Of a DNA stretch of 64,000 nt, positions 13,615 to 26,063 are shown in pieces. The stretch is from Haliotis rubra (lineage: Eukaryota). A program made the position numbers and the translations under genes. The notes beneath the pieces were generated by a model, which was not told where the DNA came from, did not search any database, and was given only the letters and a program-made list of their open reading frames with translations. The DNA is taken from contig NW_025766936.1 of the NCBI RefSeq assembly GCF_003918875.1, positions 558,001-622,000 of the forward strand. Direction: 5' to 3'. Each line of letters opens with the position of its first letter. Position 1 is the first letter of the stretch.

Positions 13615-16560
13615 GTAGTCACGCCACACTGTCAACCAAGTCATCAAGTAAGACCACGCCACGCTGTCAACCAAGTCATCAAGTATCTCCACGAAACAGT
13701 TATCAAACATGACCACGTCAAATTATCAAAATATTAAGAGGTAAAACAACGCCGTATCGTCAGCGAAAATATAAAGCAAAAACACTATCAACCTAGTCAT
13801 TACGCATGACCATGCCACACTATCAGCAAAGCCATCAATCCTGACCACCACCACGTCATCAAGCATGACCACATGGCACTGTCAACTATGTCATACAGAA
13901 TGACCACACAACACTATAAACACTATAAAGTCATCAAACATAACCACATTATACTTTCAACCAAGTTAGCAAGCCTGGCCAAGCCACACTATCAACCATG
14001 TCACAGAGAATGACCATCAAACAAATCAGCAAGCATGACGATGCCACACTATGAACCAAGTCATCAAGCATGACCACACATCAACAACGCTATCAAACAT
14101 TATCAACCATATCATCTAGCATGGCCATGCTAAAGTATCGTAACACGTAACACGATCAATTAACTTATCAAGCATGACCACATCACACTATCAACGAGGT
14201 CATCAAGCATGACCACACTATGAACCAAGTTCTCTAGCGTGACCACACCACACTATCAAAGAGGTCATCAAGCATGACCACACTATCAACCAAGTTATCT
14301 AGCGTGACCACACTACACTATCAACGAGGTCATCAAGCATGACCACACTATCAACCAAGTTATCTAGCGTGACCACACCACACTATCAACGAGGTCATCA
14401 AGCATGACCACACTATCAACCAAGTTATCTAGCGTGACCACACCACACTATCAACGAGGTCATCAAGCATGACCACACTATCAACCAAGTTATCTAGCGT
14501 GACCACACCACACTATCAACGAGGTCATCAAGAATGACCATAATATCAACCACGTTATCTAACGTGACCACACAACACTATCAACGAGGTCATCAAGCAT
14601 GACCACACTATCAACCAAGTTATCTAACGTGACCACACCACACTATCAACGAGGTCATCAAGCATGACAACACTATCAACCAAGTTATCTAACGTGACCA
14701 CACCACACTATCAACGAGGTCATCAAGCATGACCACACTATCAACCAAGTTATCTAGCGTGACCACACCACACTATCAACGAGGTCATCAAGCATGACCA
14801 CACTATCAACCAAGTTATCTAGCGTGACCACACCACACTATCAACCAAGTTATCTAACGTGACCACACCACACTATCAACGAGGTCATCAAGCATGACCA
14901 CACTATCAACCAAGTTATCTAGCGTGACCACACCACACTATCAACGAGGTCATCAAGCATGACCACACTATCAACCAAGTTATCTAACGTGACCACACCA
15001 CACTATCAACGAGGTCATTAAGCATGACTACAATATCAACCAAGTAATCTAGCGTGACCACACTACACTATCAACGAGGTCATCAAGCATGACCACACTA
15101 TCAACCAAGTCATCTAGCGTGACCACACTACACTATCAACGAGGTCATCAAGCATGACCACACTATCAACCAAGTTATCTAGCGTGACCACACCACACTA
15201 TCAACGAGGTTATCAAGCATGACTGCACTATCAACCAAGTTATCTAGCGTGACCACACCACACTATCAACGAGGTCATCAAGCATGACCACACTATCAAC
15301 CAAGTTATCTAACGTGACCACACCACACTATCAACGAGGTCATCAAGCATGACTACAATATCAACCAAGTTATCTAGCGTGACCACACTACACTATCAAC
15401 GAGGTCATCAAGCATGACCACACTATCAACCAAAGCATTATCTATCTAGCGTGACCACACCACACTATCAACGAGGTCATCAAGCATGACCACACTATCA
15501 ACCAAGTTATCTGGCGTGACCACACCACACTATCAACGAGGTCATCAAGCATAACCACACTATCAACCAAGTTATCTAACGTGACCACACCACACTATCA
15601 ACGAGGTCATCAAGCATGACCACACTATCAACCAAGTTATCTAGCGTGACCACACAACACTATCAACGAGGTCATCAAGCATGACCACACTATCAACCAA
15701 GTTATCTAGCGTGACCACACCACACTATCAACGAGGTCATCAAGCATAACCACACTATCAACCAAGTTATCTAACGTGACCACACAACACTATCAACGAG
15801 GTCATCAAGAATGACCACACTATCAACCAAGTTATCTAACGTGACCACACCACACTATCAACGAGGTCATCAAGCATGACCACACTATCAACCAAGTTAT
15901 CTAGCGTGACCACACTACACTATTAACGAGGTCATCAAGCATGACCACACTATCAACCAAGTTATCTAACGTGACCACACCACACTATCAACGAGGTCAT
16001 CAAGCATGACCACACTATCAACCAAGTTATCTAGCGTGACCACACCACACTATCAACGAGGTCATCAAGCATGACCACACTATCAACCAAGTTATCTAGC
16101 GTGACCACACCACACTATCAACGAAGTCATCAAGCATGACCACACTATCAACCAAGTTATCTAGCGTGACCACACCACACTATCAACGAGGTCATCAAGC
16201 ATGACCACACTATCAACCAAGTTATCTAGCGTGACCACACCACACTATCAACGAGGTCATCAAGCATAACCACACTATCAACCAAGTTATCTAGCGTGAC
16301 CACACCACACTATCAACGAGGTCATCAAGCATGACCACACTATCAACCAAGTTATCTAGCGTGACCACACCACACTATCAACGAGGTCATCAAGCATGAC
16401 TACACCGCGCTATCAAGCATGACCATGAAACACTATCAATCAAGTTATCAAGCATGACCACGCCATATTGTCAACGAAGTCATCAAGCATGACCACGCCA
16501 TATTGTCAACGAAGTCATCAAGCATGACAACGCCACACGTCAACCAATCATTCAAGCAGG
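13615..16560. repeat. 35-bp satellite array upstream of copy 1; core (~14165-16400) is a 65-bp dimer (35+30 bp), ~34 copies
   Basis: Unit gaggtcatcaagcatgaccacactatcaac-caagttatctagcgtgaccacaccacactatcaac, with degenerate 35-mers at both edges. Confidence 0.95.
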
Positions 16561-17857
16561 ACCACCCGATCCTTGAAGTAAGTGCCAGTCAGTGAGGAGA
16601 TGTGAAACCAAAAGGTCGAGGTATGGGAACTAATCTCTGAAGCCGATGTTATGTCGCTCTCCATGAAGTGTAAAAAGACGTTTTAAAAATTCTCTCCATT
16701 GATCCAGAGATGACATTCAATATCGATAATAATATTCTTTCACCTCTGTGTGAGCATGTTTTGTTTTTGTTTTCACATCTGGTGGATAAATGAGGTGAGA
16801 ATCCTAACTTATCTTGACGTTGTTCAAAACAACCAGGACATCTTCAGACCTGAATCTGTCTTGGCAACGCTTCATATCGTTTGGTCAACCAAAATAGTTA
16901 AATGCCCATGAAAACATATCATATCACCAAACCTGACTAAGATGTTGCCAGTAAACTCGTATATCAGGCATTTCTAAGAATGGTTTCAGCTTTATCAAAA
17001 CCAACATCCATACACAATTGTAAGAAAGTCAGATTTTAGACTAAAATTCTTGGAAACAAAACCCGAATTCCACAACTAAGTGAAACCCAGTCAGTTGATG
17101 TCAATGACCTAATACTGAGACTGTTGTGGCGCGCCACTAGTACTTACAATATAAAATGCAAGCAATCACAATTAAAATTTAAACTAATTGCAAGATTTTA
17201 TGGATTATGACTTGCTTCATGATGATTGTAGCGATGTCAGATTCAGTGGAGATATGTATGCGCGGCGACAGTGACGACTCACGACGGCGGGCATCCGTGC
17301 ACTATGTCATCACACACAACAGGTGATCGTAGCCTACAAACAGGCCGCCATACATACACGTGCACATTTCAATAAAGAGGATTTATTGTGTAATGAATAC
17401 ATTAAACTGGTGTACGTTCTGACCATGGATACGTCTGTACAACTGTTTCTCTACCGAATCGAGACTCCCATACCACGACAGGCACAGGGATTCGTACATA
17501 GACGTGTTTTTTTCTGTTACTGAACCACTATCAACATATGATAACATTTGCCAAAAGGACACATATGACCATGTCATAATTGTAATGTGATCCTACTTCC
17601 GTAGTAAGAACTACGTCACCCACACTTAAAACTAACATCTATAAACAAACATAATAACATTTCTGGCTGAATACGTGGACAGACATACCACCGTCACAAT
17701 GAGAACTAGGCGACTGTATTTCACATCATAGGCAAACAATAGAACTGTCAATAAAGTCATTGAATGATGTTAACAATATCCACATACAATGTAAACATGG
17801 GATTCTCCAGCCTGTATAGAATGTGGGCATCACCGTATCGAATGCAAATAATTCCCT

Positions 17858-18150
17858 GTTAGTTGGTAGAGAATACTGACAACCAACCGTTAGTTAAATA
17901 TCAGATCATACTATTGTCTCTGTGTCCTTCCTTAGTTGGTAGAGAATACTGACAACCAACCGTTAGTTAAATATCAGATCATACTATTGTCTCTGTGTCC
18001 TTCCTTAGTTGGTAGAGAATACTGACAACCAACCGTTAGCTAAATATCAGATCATACTATTGTCTCTGTGTCCTTCCTTAGTTGGTAGAGAATACTGACA
18101 ACCAACCGTTAGAAAAATATCAGATCATACTATTGTCTCTGTGTCCTTCC
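17858..18150. repeat. 73-bp tandem repeat (4 copies) in the presumptive 3' UTR of copy 2
   Basis: agttggtagagaatactgacaaccaacc... at 17861, 17934, 18007, 18080. Single copy at ~11325 downstream of copy 1. Confidence 0.95.
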
Positions 18151-18195
18151 TATGTCAGACAGATTATATTTACAATAATCATGGTTTCCGTAATA

Positions 18196-19452
18196 TCAGA
18201 AATATGATATCTTCAGGAAAAACACCACTGTTGTAATGATGAACAGCATGAAAAACAAAAAGAAGAAAATCCTGCTCATCATTCTGCTGACTCGCTTCCA
18301 GGTCATTGGTGGTGGATTCCATGATTCATTCGACTTCTTGTCCAGTGACAGGATCTCCGTACTTCCAACAGCAGGAGTGCCAAAGATGCATCTCTCCCAG
18401 GACCTTGTCATACGTCCCATCCACGACGGAACAGGTTTGATGGCTGCGTCCCGATGGAACACTTGAACGGTCCAGATGGTCAGGAACACGTAGAGAGAGC
18501 TCATGATAAACAGGCCAACAAGAAAGATAGTAAACACAGGTATACTGTCAGCGTTCTGTGGCAGCAGTCCAGTGACGAAGGATAGGGATACAGTGAAAGA
18601 TAGCAACACCGTGATGGCAAAGGACACCTTCTCTCCAGACTCCACAGGAATGAGGAACACCACCACATTCACTAATCCCAGCACCAGGATAGGCAGGAGA
18701 GTTGTCAGTATCGCCAAAGATGGCTTTCTCTTCAGGCTCATTTTGTAGTGTACCCAAGGATAATAGCTGCCACTGTGTCCAAGGACAAGTCTTGATGCAG
18801 ATGTGTTGGTGATATCCCATTGGCTGTTGGAGTCAAACAAATTTAATCCTATAGAGTTATTAGTCGGTCTTAAATCAACTTCTTTCAGACTAGTTCTCCA
18901 ATCAAACGTCTTATAGGTACACTCCTGTTCATCCAAAGGAAAGTTGGTAACATCCATTTGGCAGAAAGTCTTGAAGGTATCGCCAGGTGACCAAGTCACA
19001 ATTCCTTCGGCGGTCACTTTAATGACACCAAAGTCGAGTCCCAGAGGTTCAGCGTCAACCACCTGGTTTCGAATTGCAATATAAGGTCTCCAAACCTTCC
19101 CATAGTCAGGATTTATTTCATTGATACCTCCATACTCGCTGACGTTCCAGGTTAGAAACTCATCTTTCCAGGAAACTAAGAAAAACCCATTGGCTGTCAC
19201 TGTCTGAGTAACTTCATCAAAATCAGATATGCTGAGAAGGTGAAGTTCCAATGAGACCGTGATAGAGTCACTGCTGTTCTTGACTGGTCTGACATTTGGG
19301 TTGTTGTTTCTGATGATGTCATTGTGTAGTCGAAGTACATGGTGGTCGTCCTGACCTCTAGATGTCCCCAGGAACAACAGTAGACACAGTCCACATGTCA
19401 CTCCCTTGAGGTGACCCACCCCTCGCTCTGTGAACAGCCCCAACACGTACAT
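18196..19452 (-). CDS. Divergent nAChR-like Cys-loop receptor subunit, copy 2 (418 aa)
   Basis: Full-length paralog of copy 1 with the same Cys-loop, GEK-M2 and 4 TM. Loop C RLVLGHSGSYYPW. One-codon insertion (GSTE) in the M3-M4 loop. Confidence 0.95.
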   Translation of the reverse strand: MYVLGLFTERGVGHLKGVTCGLCLLLFLGTSRGQDDHHVLRLHNDIIRNNNPNVRPVKNSSDSITVSLELHLLSISDFDEVTQTVTANGFFLVSWKDEFLTWNVSEYGGINEINPDYGKVWRPYIAIRNQVVDAEPLGLDFGVIKVTAEGIVTWSPGDTFKTFCQMDVTNFPLDEQECTYKTFDWRTSLKEVDLRPTNNSIGLNLFDSNSQWDITNTSASRLVLGHSGSYYPWVHYKMSLKRKPSLAILTTLLPILVLGLVNVVVFLIPVESGEKVSFAITVLLSFTVSLSFVTGLLPQNADSIPVFTIFLVGLFIMSSLYVFLTIWTVQVFHRDAAIKPVPSWMGRMTRSWERCIFGTPAVGSTEILSLDKKSNESWNPPPMTWKRVSRMMSRIFFFLFFMLFIITTVVFFLKISYF

Positions 19453-20810
19453 CCTCTGCCTTGTACTTCAACAGCAATGGGCGTATCCCGTTAGGCTATG
19501 AGGCAGTAGTGCGCATTTAACCAAACACCAACTCGGGGTGACGGCACAATTAACGGCAAAATCGTTTTTAGTGTACTGATCGTATTGCCAAATTGTGATT
19601 GATTATGGATTACAAAGAATAGCAAACAGAAACCTTTCAGTGATGCATTAATGCATTGACGCCTGCAGGCTATACAGTAATTGACACAGACAAAAACCGT
19701 TCACAAAATGTTGAAAATGTGACCGTTACTATAAAAACTCATTAATGAAAACAAAGAGTTTTAGATCAATAATCTGTCTCTTTCTCTCTAGTTCTAGTAC
19801 ATATCCCACACGCCGTTTACAATATTTATTAAGCATGCACAGTGCAATTCCACCCGGGATGTGAGCTCTCCTGCCTACATCTCTACACAATAATTTGTAT
19901 AATGTCACCTTTTAGAGTGAGAGTTGTCTGACATGACAATAAAATATAGGCAGCAAAACACTTCCATGATCATAAAACATCGCTATTAAAAGAAACATTT
20001 GTTCTATGCCGTCCCACGAATGATTCGATGCCGATTCCTAAGAAAGGTTTTTCAAACTGTTCCCTTCTTCTCAAGCACCCTTACTTCACTGCTTCCGTTC
20101 TCTTATGGGTCAGTTGGTCTTACTTTCTCGCGTTCTCGTCTTTTGTTATGTCTCAGTCACCATGGGGTCGCATGTAGACCTACGATGTAAATGATGAAAT
20201 GTTCTTACCATTCGCTCAAATATATTACTATCAAAAACCAACTTTATTTCTTTTCTAAATGTACTCTTATTAGCTTTAAATTGAATTTCAAAATACAGAG
20301 CTGCTATCATAGTGTTTTCGTTGTTGATAAGTTTTGTGCCACTATTAATGGCAATATAAAATGCATGCAATCACGATTAAGATTTAAACTAACAAGTTTT
20401 ATGGATTATGACTTATTTTATTATGATTGTAGCGATGTCAGATTCAGTGGGGATATGTATGTGGAGCGACAGTGACGACTCACGACGGCGTGCATCTGTG
20501 CACGATGTCATCACGCACAACAAGTGAACGTAGCCTACAAAACAGGCCGTCATACATACACGTGCTCGTCTCAATAAAGAGGATTTATTGTGTAATGAAT
20601 ACATTAAACTGATGTACGTCCTGACCATGGATACGTCTGTACAACTGTTTCTCTACCGGATCGAGACTCCAATACTACTATTGTACTCCCATAATCGTAT
20701 TGTTTTTCTATTACAAAACGACTATCAGCACATTGTAAGGTTGTCACAGGGACACATATAACCATGCCATACTTGTAATGAGGGGGGTGGGTACTACTTC
20801 AGAAGTAAAA

Positions 20811-20970
20811 GGACCGGTGGAGTAGCCTGCTGGGTAAAGCGTTCGCTCGTCACGCCAAAAACACGGGTTGGATTCCCCACATTAGTACAATGTGTGAAGC
20901 CCATTTCTGGTGTCCCGAGTCGTGATATTGCTGAAACAGTGCTAAAACCAGCGTAAACCATACTCACTCA
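20811..20970 (+). mobile_element. tRNA-derived SINE
   Basis: A-box-like ggagtagcctgctgg, B-box-like ggttggattcc, (actc)n tail. Flanked by a probable TSD ttcagaa(g/a)taa. Absent from the equivalent position of sister units (e.g. ~17595, ~52620). Confidence 0.8.
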
Positions 20971-21357
20971 TTCAGAAATAAGAACTACGTCACGCACACT
21001 TAAAACAAACACCAACAAACAAATATAATAACATTTATGCCTGATTCCGTGGACAGAAACATAACAATGAAGATGAGAACTGGACGACTGACACATCAAT
21101 AGGCAAACAATAGAACTGTTAATAGCGTCATTGAATGATGTCTGCAATATTCACAGATGTAATTCTCCAGCTCTACCAATTTGGGCATCATCCTATGCGG
21201 TAGGGGTGGAGTTGGGGATAGGGGCCAGGATGCCAGTAACCTGTATATTTACAGTTAATTGGTGGAGTAAGTATAATATTATCCTTTTGTCTTCATCTCG
21301 TTTGGTTACCGATGTCAAACAGTTACATTTAGAGTAATCATCGATTACATCGTTATG

Positions 21358-22310
21358 TCAGAGATTTGATATCTTCAGAAATCCACACACTGTTGCAATG
21401 ATGAACAGCATGAAAACCAAAAAGAAAAATATCCTGCTCATCATTCTGCTGACTCGCTTCCAGGTCATTGGTGGTGGATTGCACGATTCATTCGACTTCT
21501 TGTCCAGTGACAGGATCTCCGTACCAACAGCAGGAGTGCCAAAGATGCATCTCTCCCAGGACCTTGTCAAACGTCCCATCCACGACAGAACAGATCTGAT
21601 GGTTTCGTCCCGATGGAACACTTGCACGATCCAGATGGTCAGGAACACGTAGAGAGAGCTCATGATAAACAGGCCAACAAGAAAGATAGTAAACACAGGT
21701 ATACTGTCACCGTTCTGTGGCAGCAGTCCAGTGACGAAGGATAGGGATACAGTGAAAGACAGCAACACCGTGATGGCAAAGGACACCTTCTCACCAGAAT
21801 CCACAGGAATGAGGAACACCACCACATTCACTAACCCCAGCATCAGGACAGGCAGGAGAGTTGTCAGTATCGCTAAAGATGGCTTTCTCTTCAGGCTCAG
21901 CTCGTAGTATACAAAAGGAATATATATGCCACTGGTTTCAAAGACAACCCTTGACGCAGATGTTTTGATGATATCCCATTGGCTGTTGGCGTTGAACAAA
22001 TTTAATCCTATAGAGTTATTAGTCGGCCTTAAATCAACTTCTTTCAGACCATTTCTCCAGTCAAACGTCTTATATATACACTCCTGTTCATCAAGAAAGG
22101 AAAGTTGGTAACATCCATTTGGCAGAAAATCTTGAAGGTATCGCCAGGTGCCCATGTTACAATTCCTTCGGCGGTCACTTTAATGACCCCAAAGTCGAGA
22201 CCCAGAGGCTCAGCATCAACCACCTGGTTCCGGATTGTGATGTAAGGTCTCCAAACATTCCCATAGTCAGGATGTATTTCACTGATTCCTCCATATTCAC
22301 TGGCGTTCCA
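21358..22310 (-). pseudogene. nAChR-like copy 3, pseudogene (5' third deleted, frameshift in the Cys-loop)
   Basis: Homology to paralogs stops at the codons for WNASEY (22310); signal peptide and N-terminus are absent. A +2 insertion at ~22093 (catcaagaaagg vs catccaaagg) shifts the frame, so the ORF-track N-terminus MGTWRYLQ... is out of frame. Confidence 0.92.
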
Positions 22311-22463
22311 ACTTTTTTAATTTTAGGACATAAATTCTGCAAACAAATTACAGAGTTGGTCTGACGTCTTGATTATGATCAGTGTTTCATTGAGTATTTT
22401 ATGTTTATTAGTTTTCGAGTTAGATTCCAATTCATCAGTCCGCTTTTTAGCCAAACGGACTAT
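22309..22463. mobile_element. Right arm only of the TA-MITE seen complete at 31574-31956
   Basis: ttttaggacataaattctgcaaacaaattacagagttgg...agccaaacggactata matches 31811-31956 and is fused directly to the truncated copy 3. Confidence 0.85.
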
Positions 22464-22779
22464 AATAATATTTTATAAAGGTTTCCATTCCTATTGACCA
22501 AGGATGTTTGACGCTCTCGGAAATATACAATCATAATAATCATTATCAATGTCATTCCTAAATCGGACAAGCGCGAAGAAACATACTCCATCAAATTCAT
22601 GTCAGACTTGTCATTAAAGGGAAACATCACCCCAACTTTCAAGGTATTGAATAATGGAAAGGGCTTATAGTCTATATTCTGGATTAACTTGTATTTGACT
22701 TGCTTTCGTTGCGCTGCTACAATCGGAGAACGGAAGAAAGAATAACCGGGTAACATGACAAATTAAAAAGAAAATCGTC

Positions 22780-24115
22780 AGGAATGACCACGCCACACGG
22801 TAAACCAAGTCATCAATCATGACCATGCCGAAAGATATACCAAGTCATCAATCATGACCACGCAACGCTATCAACCAAGTCATCAATCATGACCACGCAA
22901 CGCTATCAACCAAGTCATCAAGCCTGACCATGCCACACTATCAACCAAGTCATCAACCCTGATCACGCCAAGTCATCCAAGTCATCAAGCCTGACCATGC
23001 CACACTATCAACCAAGTCATCAAGCCTGACCATGCCACACTATCAACCAAGTCATCAAGACTGACCATGCCACACTATCAACCAAGTCATCAAGCCTGAC
23101 CATGCCACACAATCGATCAAGTCATATAGCCTGACCATGCCACACAATCGATCAAGCCATCAAGCCTGACCATGCCACACTATCGACCAAGTCATATAGC
23201 ATGACCATGCCACACTATCAGTCAAGTCATCAAGCCTGACCATGCCACACTATCGACCAAGTCATATAGCATGACCACGCCACACTATCAACCAAGTCAT
23301 CAAGCCTGACCATGCCACACTATCAACCAAGTCATCAAGCCTGACCATGCCACACTATCGACCAAGTCATATAGCATGACCATGCCACACTATCGACCAA
23401 GTCATATAGCATGACCATGCCACACTATCAACCAAGTCATCAAGCCTGACCATGCCACACTATCAACCAAGTCATATAGCATGACCATGCCACACTATCA
23501 ACCAAGTCATATAGCATGACCATGCCACACTATCAACCAAGTCATATAGCATGACCATGCCACACTATCAACCAAGTCATATAGCATGACAATGCCACAC
23601 TATCGACCAAGTCATCAAGCCTGACCATGCCACACTATCAACCAAGTCATATAGCATGACCTTGCCACACTATCAACCAAGTCATATAGCATTACAATGC
23701 CACACTATCAACTAAGTCATCAAGCCTGACCATGCCACGCTATCGACCAAGTCATATAGCATGACAATGCCACACTATCGATCAAGTCATCAAGCCTGAC
23801 CATGCCACGCCATCAACCAACTCATATAGCATGACAATGCCACACTATCGACCAAGTCATCAAGCCTGACCATGCCACGCTATCAACCAAGTCATATAGC
23901 ATGACCATGCCACACTATCGACCAAGTCATATAGCATGACAATGCCACACTATCGACAAGTCATCAAGCCTGACCACGCCACACTATTTACCAAGTCATA
24001 TAGCATGACCATGCCACACTATCAACCAAGTCATCAAGCCTGACCACACCACACTATCGACCAAGTCATCAAGCCTGACCATGCCACACTATCGACCAAT
24101 CATTCAAGCAGGACC
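22780..24115. repeat. 35-bp satellite array upstream of copy 3 (~38 copies)
   Basis: Unit caagtcat(caagcc/atagca)tgaccatgccacactatc(a/g)ac. Confidence 0.95.
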
Positions 24116-24363
24116 ACCAGATCCCTGCAGTAAGTGCCAGTCAGTGAGGACATGTGCAACCAAAAGGTCAGTGTACGGGAACGTATCGTCTTGTCATCTT
24201 GACATGCTGACAGTGATGTGTATTCGGCTTATTTTTCTGTCTACAATAAAATCAATGGAATGACTAAACCTGACCTTTGTTGTTGAAACAGTGATTGAAA
24301 ATCTTTGATGAAAGCAAATTATTTTTGTCCAATGAAATTTGAACAATATGGACGTGCTCTTAG

Positions 24364-26063
24364 AATAGAATAGAATAATACTTTAATGCCTTTTCAGGAA
24401 TTCGTATTACATCAGCAGAGCTACTGACACATTAGAGAGATACCAAACATATTTACATAAATTCTTTGATTTAGGTATCTTCACTTTTGTTTAAGAGAGA
24501 TATGGTACTTGCAATAAAGGATGTACGGGCTCTCATAGTTTTCACAATTGGAACTTTGTAGCGGCGGCCTGAAGGGAGGAGGTTGTATTCCGAATTTAAG
24601 TAGTGAGTACGGTCAGATATGATTTTGACATCTTGATTCACGATTTTCCGCTCATATATTGATGATAAACATTCAAATCTGACTCCAGCCATTTTACTTG
24701 CAGTGTTTTGTCTATTTTAGATTTGAGATGAACTGAGAGAGACCCGTACCAACAATGGAAGGAAAATGTTAAAATACTCTGAATAAATCCTACATAAAAA
24801 GATGACATCACAGATGGGTTAACATAAAAAGATCTCACTTTACGCATGAGATGAAGACGTTGTTGACACCTTTTGTGTAGGGATTCAGTGTTAGAGTTCC
24901 AGTTCAGCTTAGAGTCAATGAAGGTTCCCAGATACTTATACTCCGACACTGTCTCAAAACATTCACTGTTGATTATCACTGGAAGCATTTCTGTGGGTTT
25001 ACTCCGAAAGTCAATTATCAGTTCCCTTTTTTGGTGACATTTAAGATTAAGTGGTTTTCTGCACACCAAGTCGTAAAATGATTAATGTCCTCTTTTTCCA
25101 GTTTTTCAGAATCAGTGTCGTTCAGTTTGCCGACAATTGCTGCATCATCTGCGAACTTTACAGTTGAACAGATTGAATTCGAGCTTGCACAATCATTAGT
25201 GTAGAGGGTGAAAAGAACAGGAGATATTACACAGCCTTGTGGTGCACCAGTGTTGGTGGTCCGTTTACTCGATACAGCCCCGTTAACTGTCACGTACTGC
25301 TGTCTGTCCACAAGAAAGTTTTCGATCCACTTGATGAGGTATGAGTTAACGCCCATGTCTAACAGTTTCTGTATCATGATATGTGGCTGGATAGTGTTGA
25401 ACGCAGATGAAAAGTCAACGAAGAGGATCCGGATGTATGACTTAGGTGTTTCTAGATGTTTATAGACATTATTAAGGAGTGACAGTGTGGCATCAACAAC
25501 TCCTCTCCTTGACCTGTAGGCGAACTGAAGCGGGTCCAGTATGTCGGCAACTTCCTGACGGAGATGTCTCAACAAGATGCGTTCCAGCGACTTCATTGCT
25601 ATAGATGTGAGAGCAACTGGCCTGTAGTCGTTGAGTTCTTTAGATTGTGTCTTTTTAGGAACTGGTACAATTTCTGATGTTTTCCAGACCGAAGGAATAA
25701 CGTGTGTAGTCACTGAGAATTGATACAATCTAGTGAAAACTGTACACAGTTGAAGTCTGCACTCCTTCAACACAATGCCGTCAAGGTTGTCAGGTCCTTT
25801 TGCTTTTCTGATGTTAATTCTGGAGAAGCTTTGAATGACGTCAGCTTCTGATATATGGATACGACTTTCACTATCCTGTACGGCTTCACTAACTTGAGCT
25901 CTCTCATTGGTAAAGTCGTGACAATCAAAGCGGCTGTAGAAAGTGTTAAGGTCCTCAGCAAAGGTTTTATTATCCCCGGCGTTGGTTGTCTGTCGTCGCC
26001 TGCTCTTGCCAATCATCGTGTTCACGCCTTGCCAGGCTTGTTGCAGATTGCTTTGCTGAAACT
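24364..26063 (-). mobile_element. 5'-truncated Rex1/Babar-like (CR1-group) LINE with reverse transcriptase
   Basis: ORFs 25018-26025, 24638-25069 and 24471-24692 join by frameshifts: KAKGPD, DYRPVALTS, LFVDFSSAFNTI, GAPQGCVISPVLF, KFADD, YKYLG, C-terminal QQRLHLMRK...SILTFSFHCWYG, LPSGRRY. (ctatt)n 3' tail. Empty site gacgtgctcttagtacccaac at 37160. Confidence 0.92.

Noticed and set aside
20811-20885. tRNA gene
   Set aside because: The A and B boxes are degenerate and followed by a SINE body, tail and TSD; this is a SINE head.
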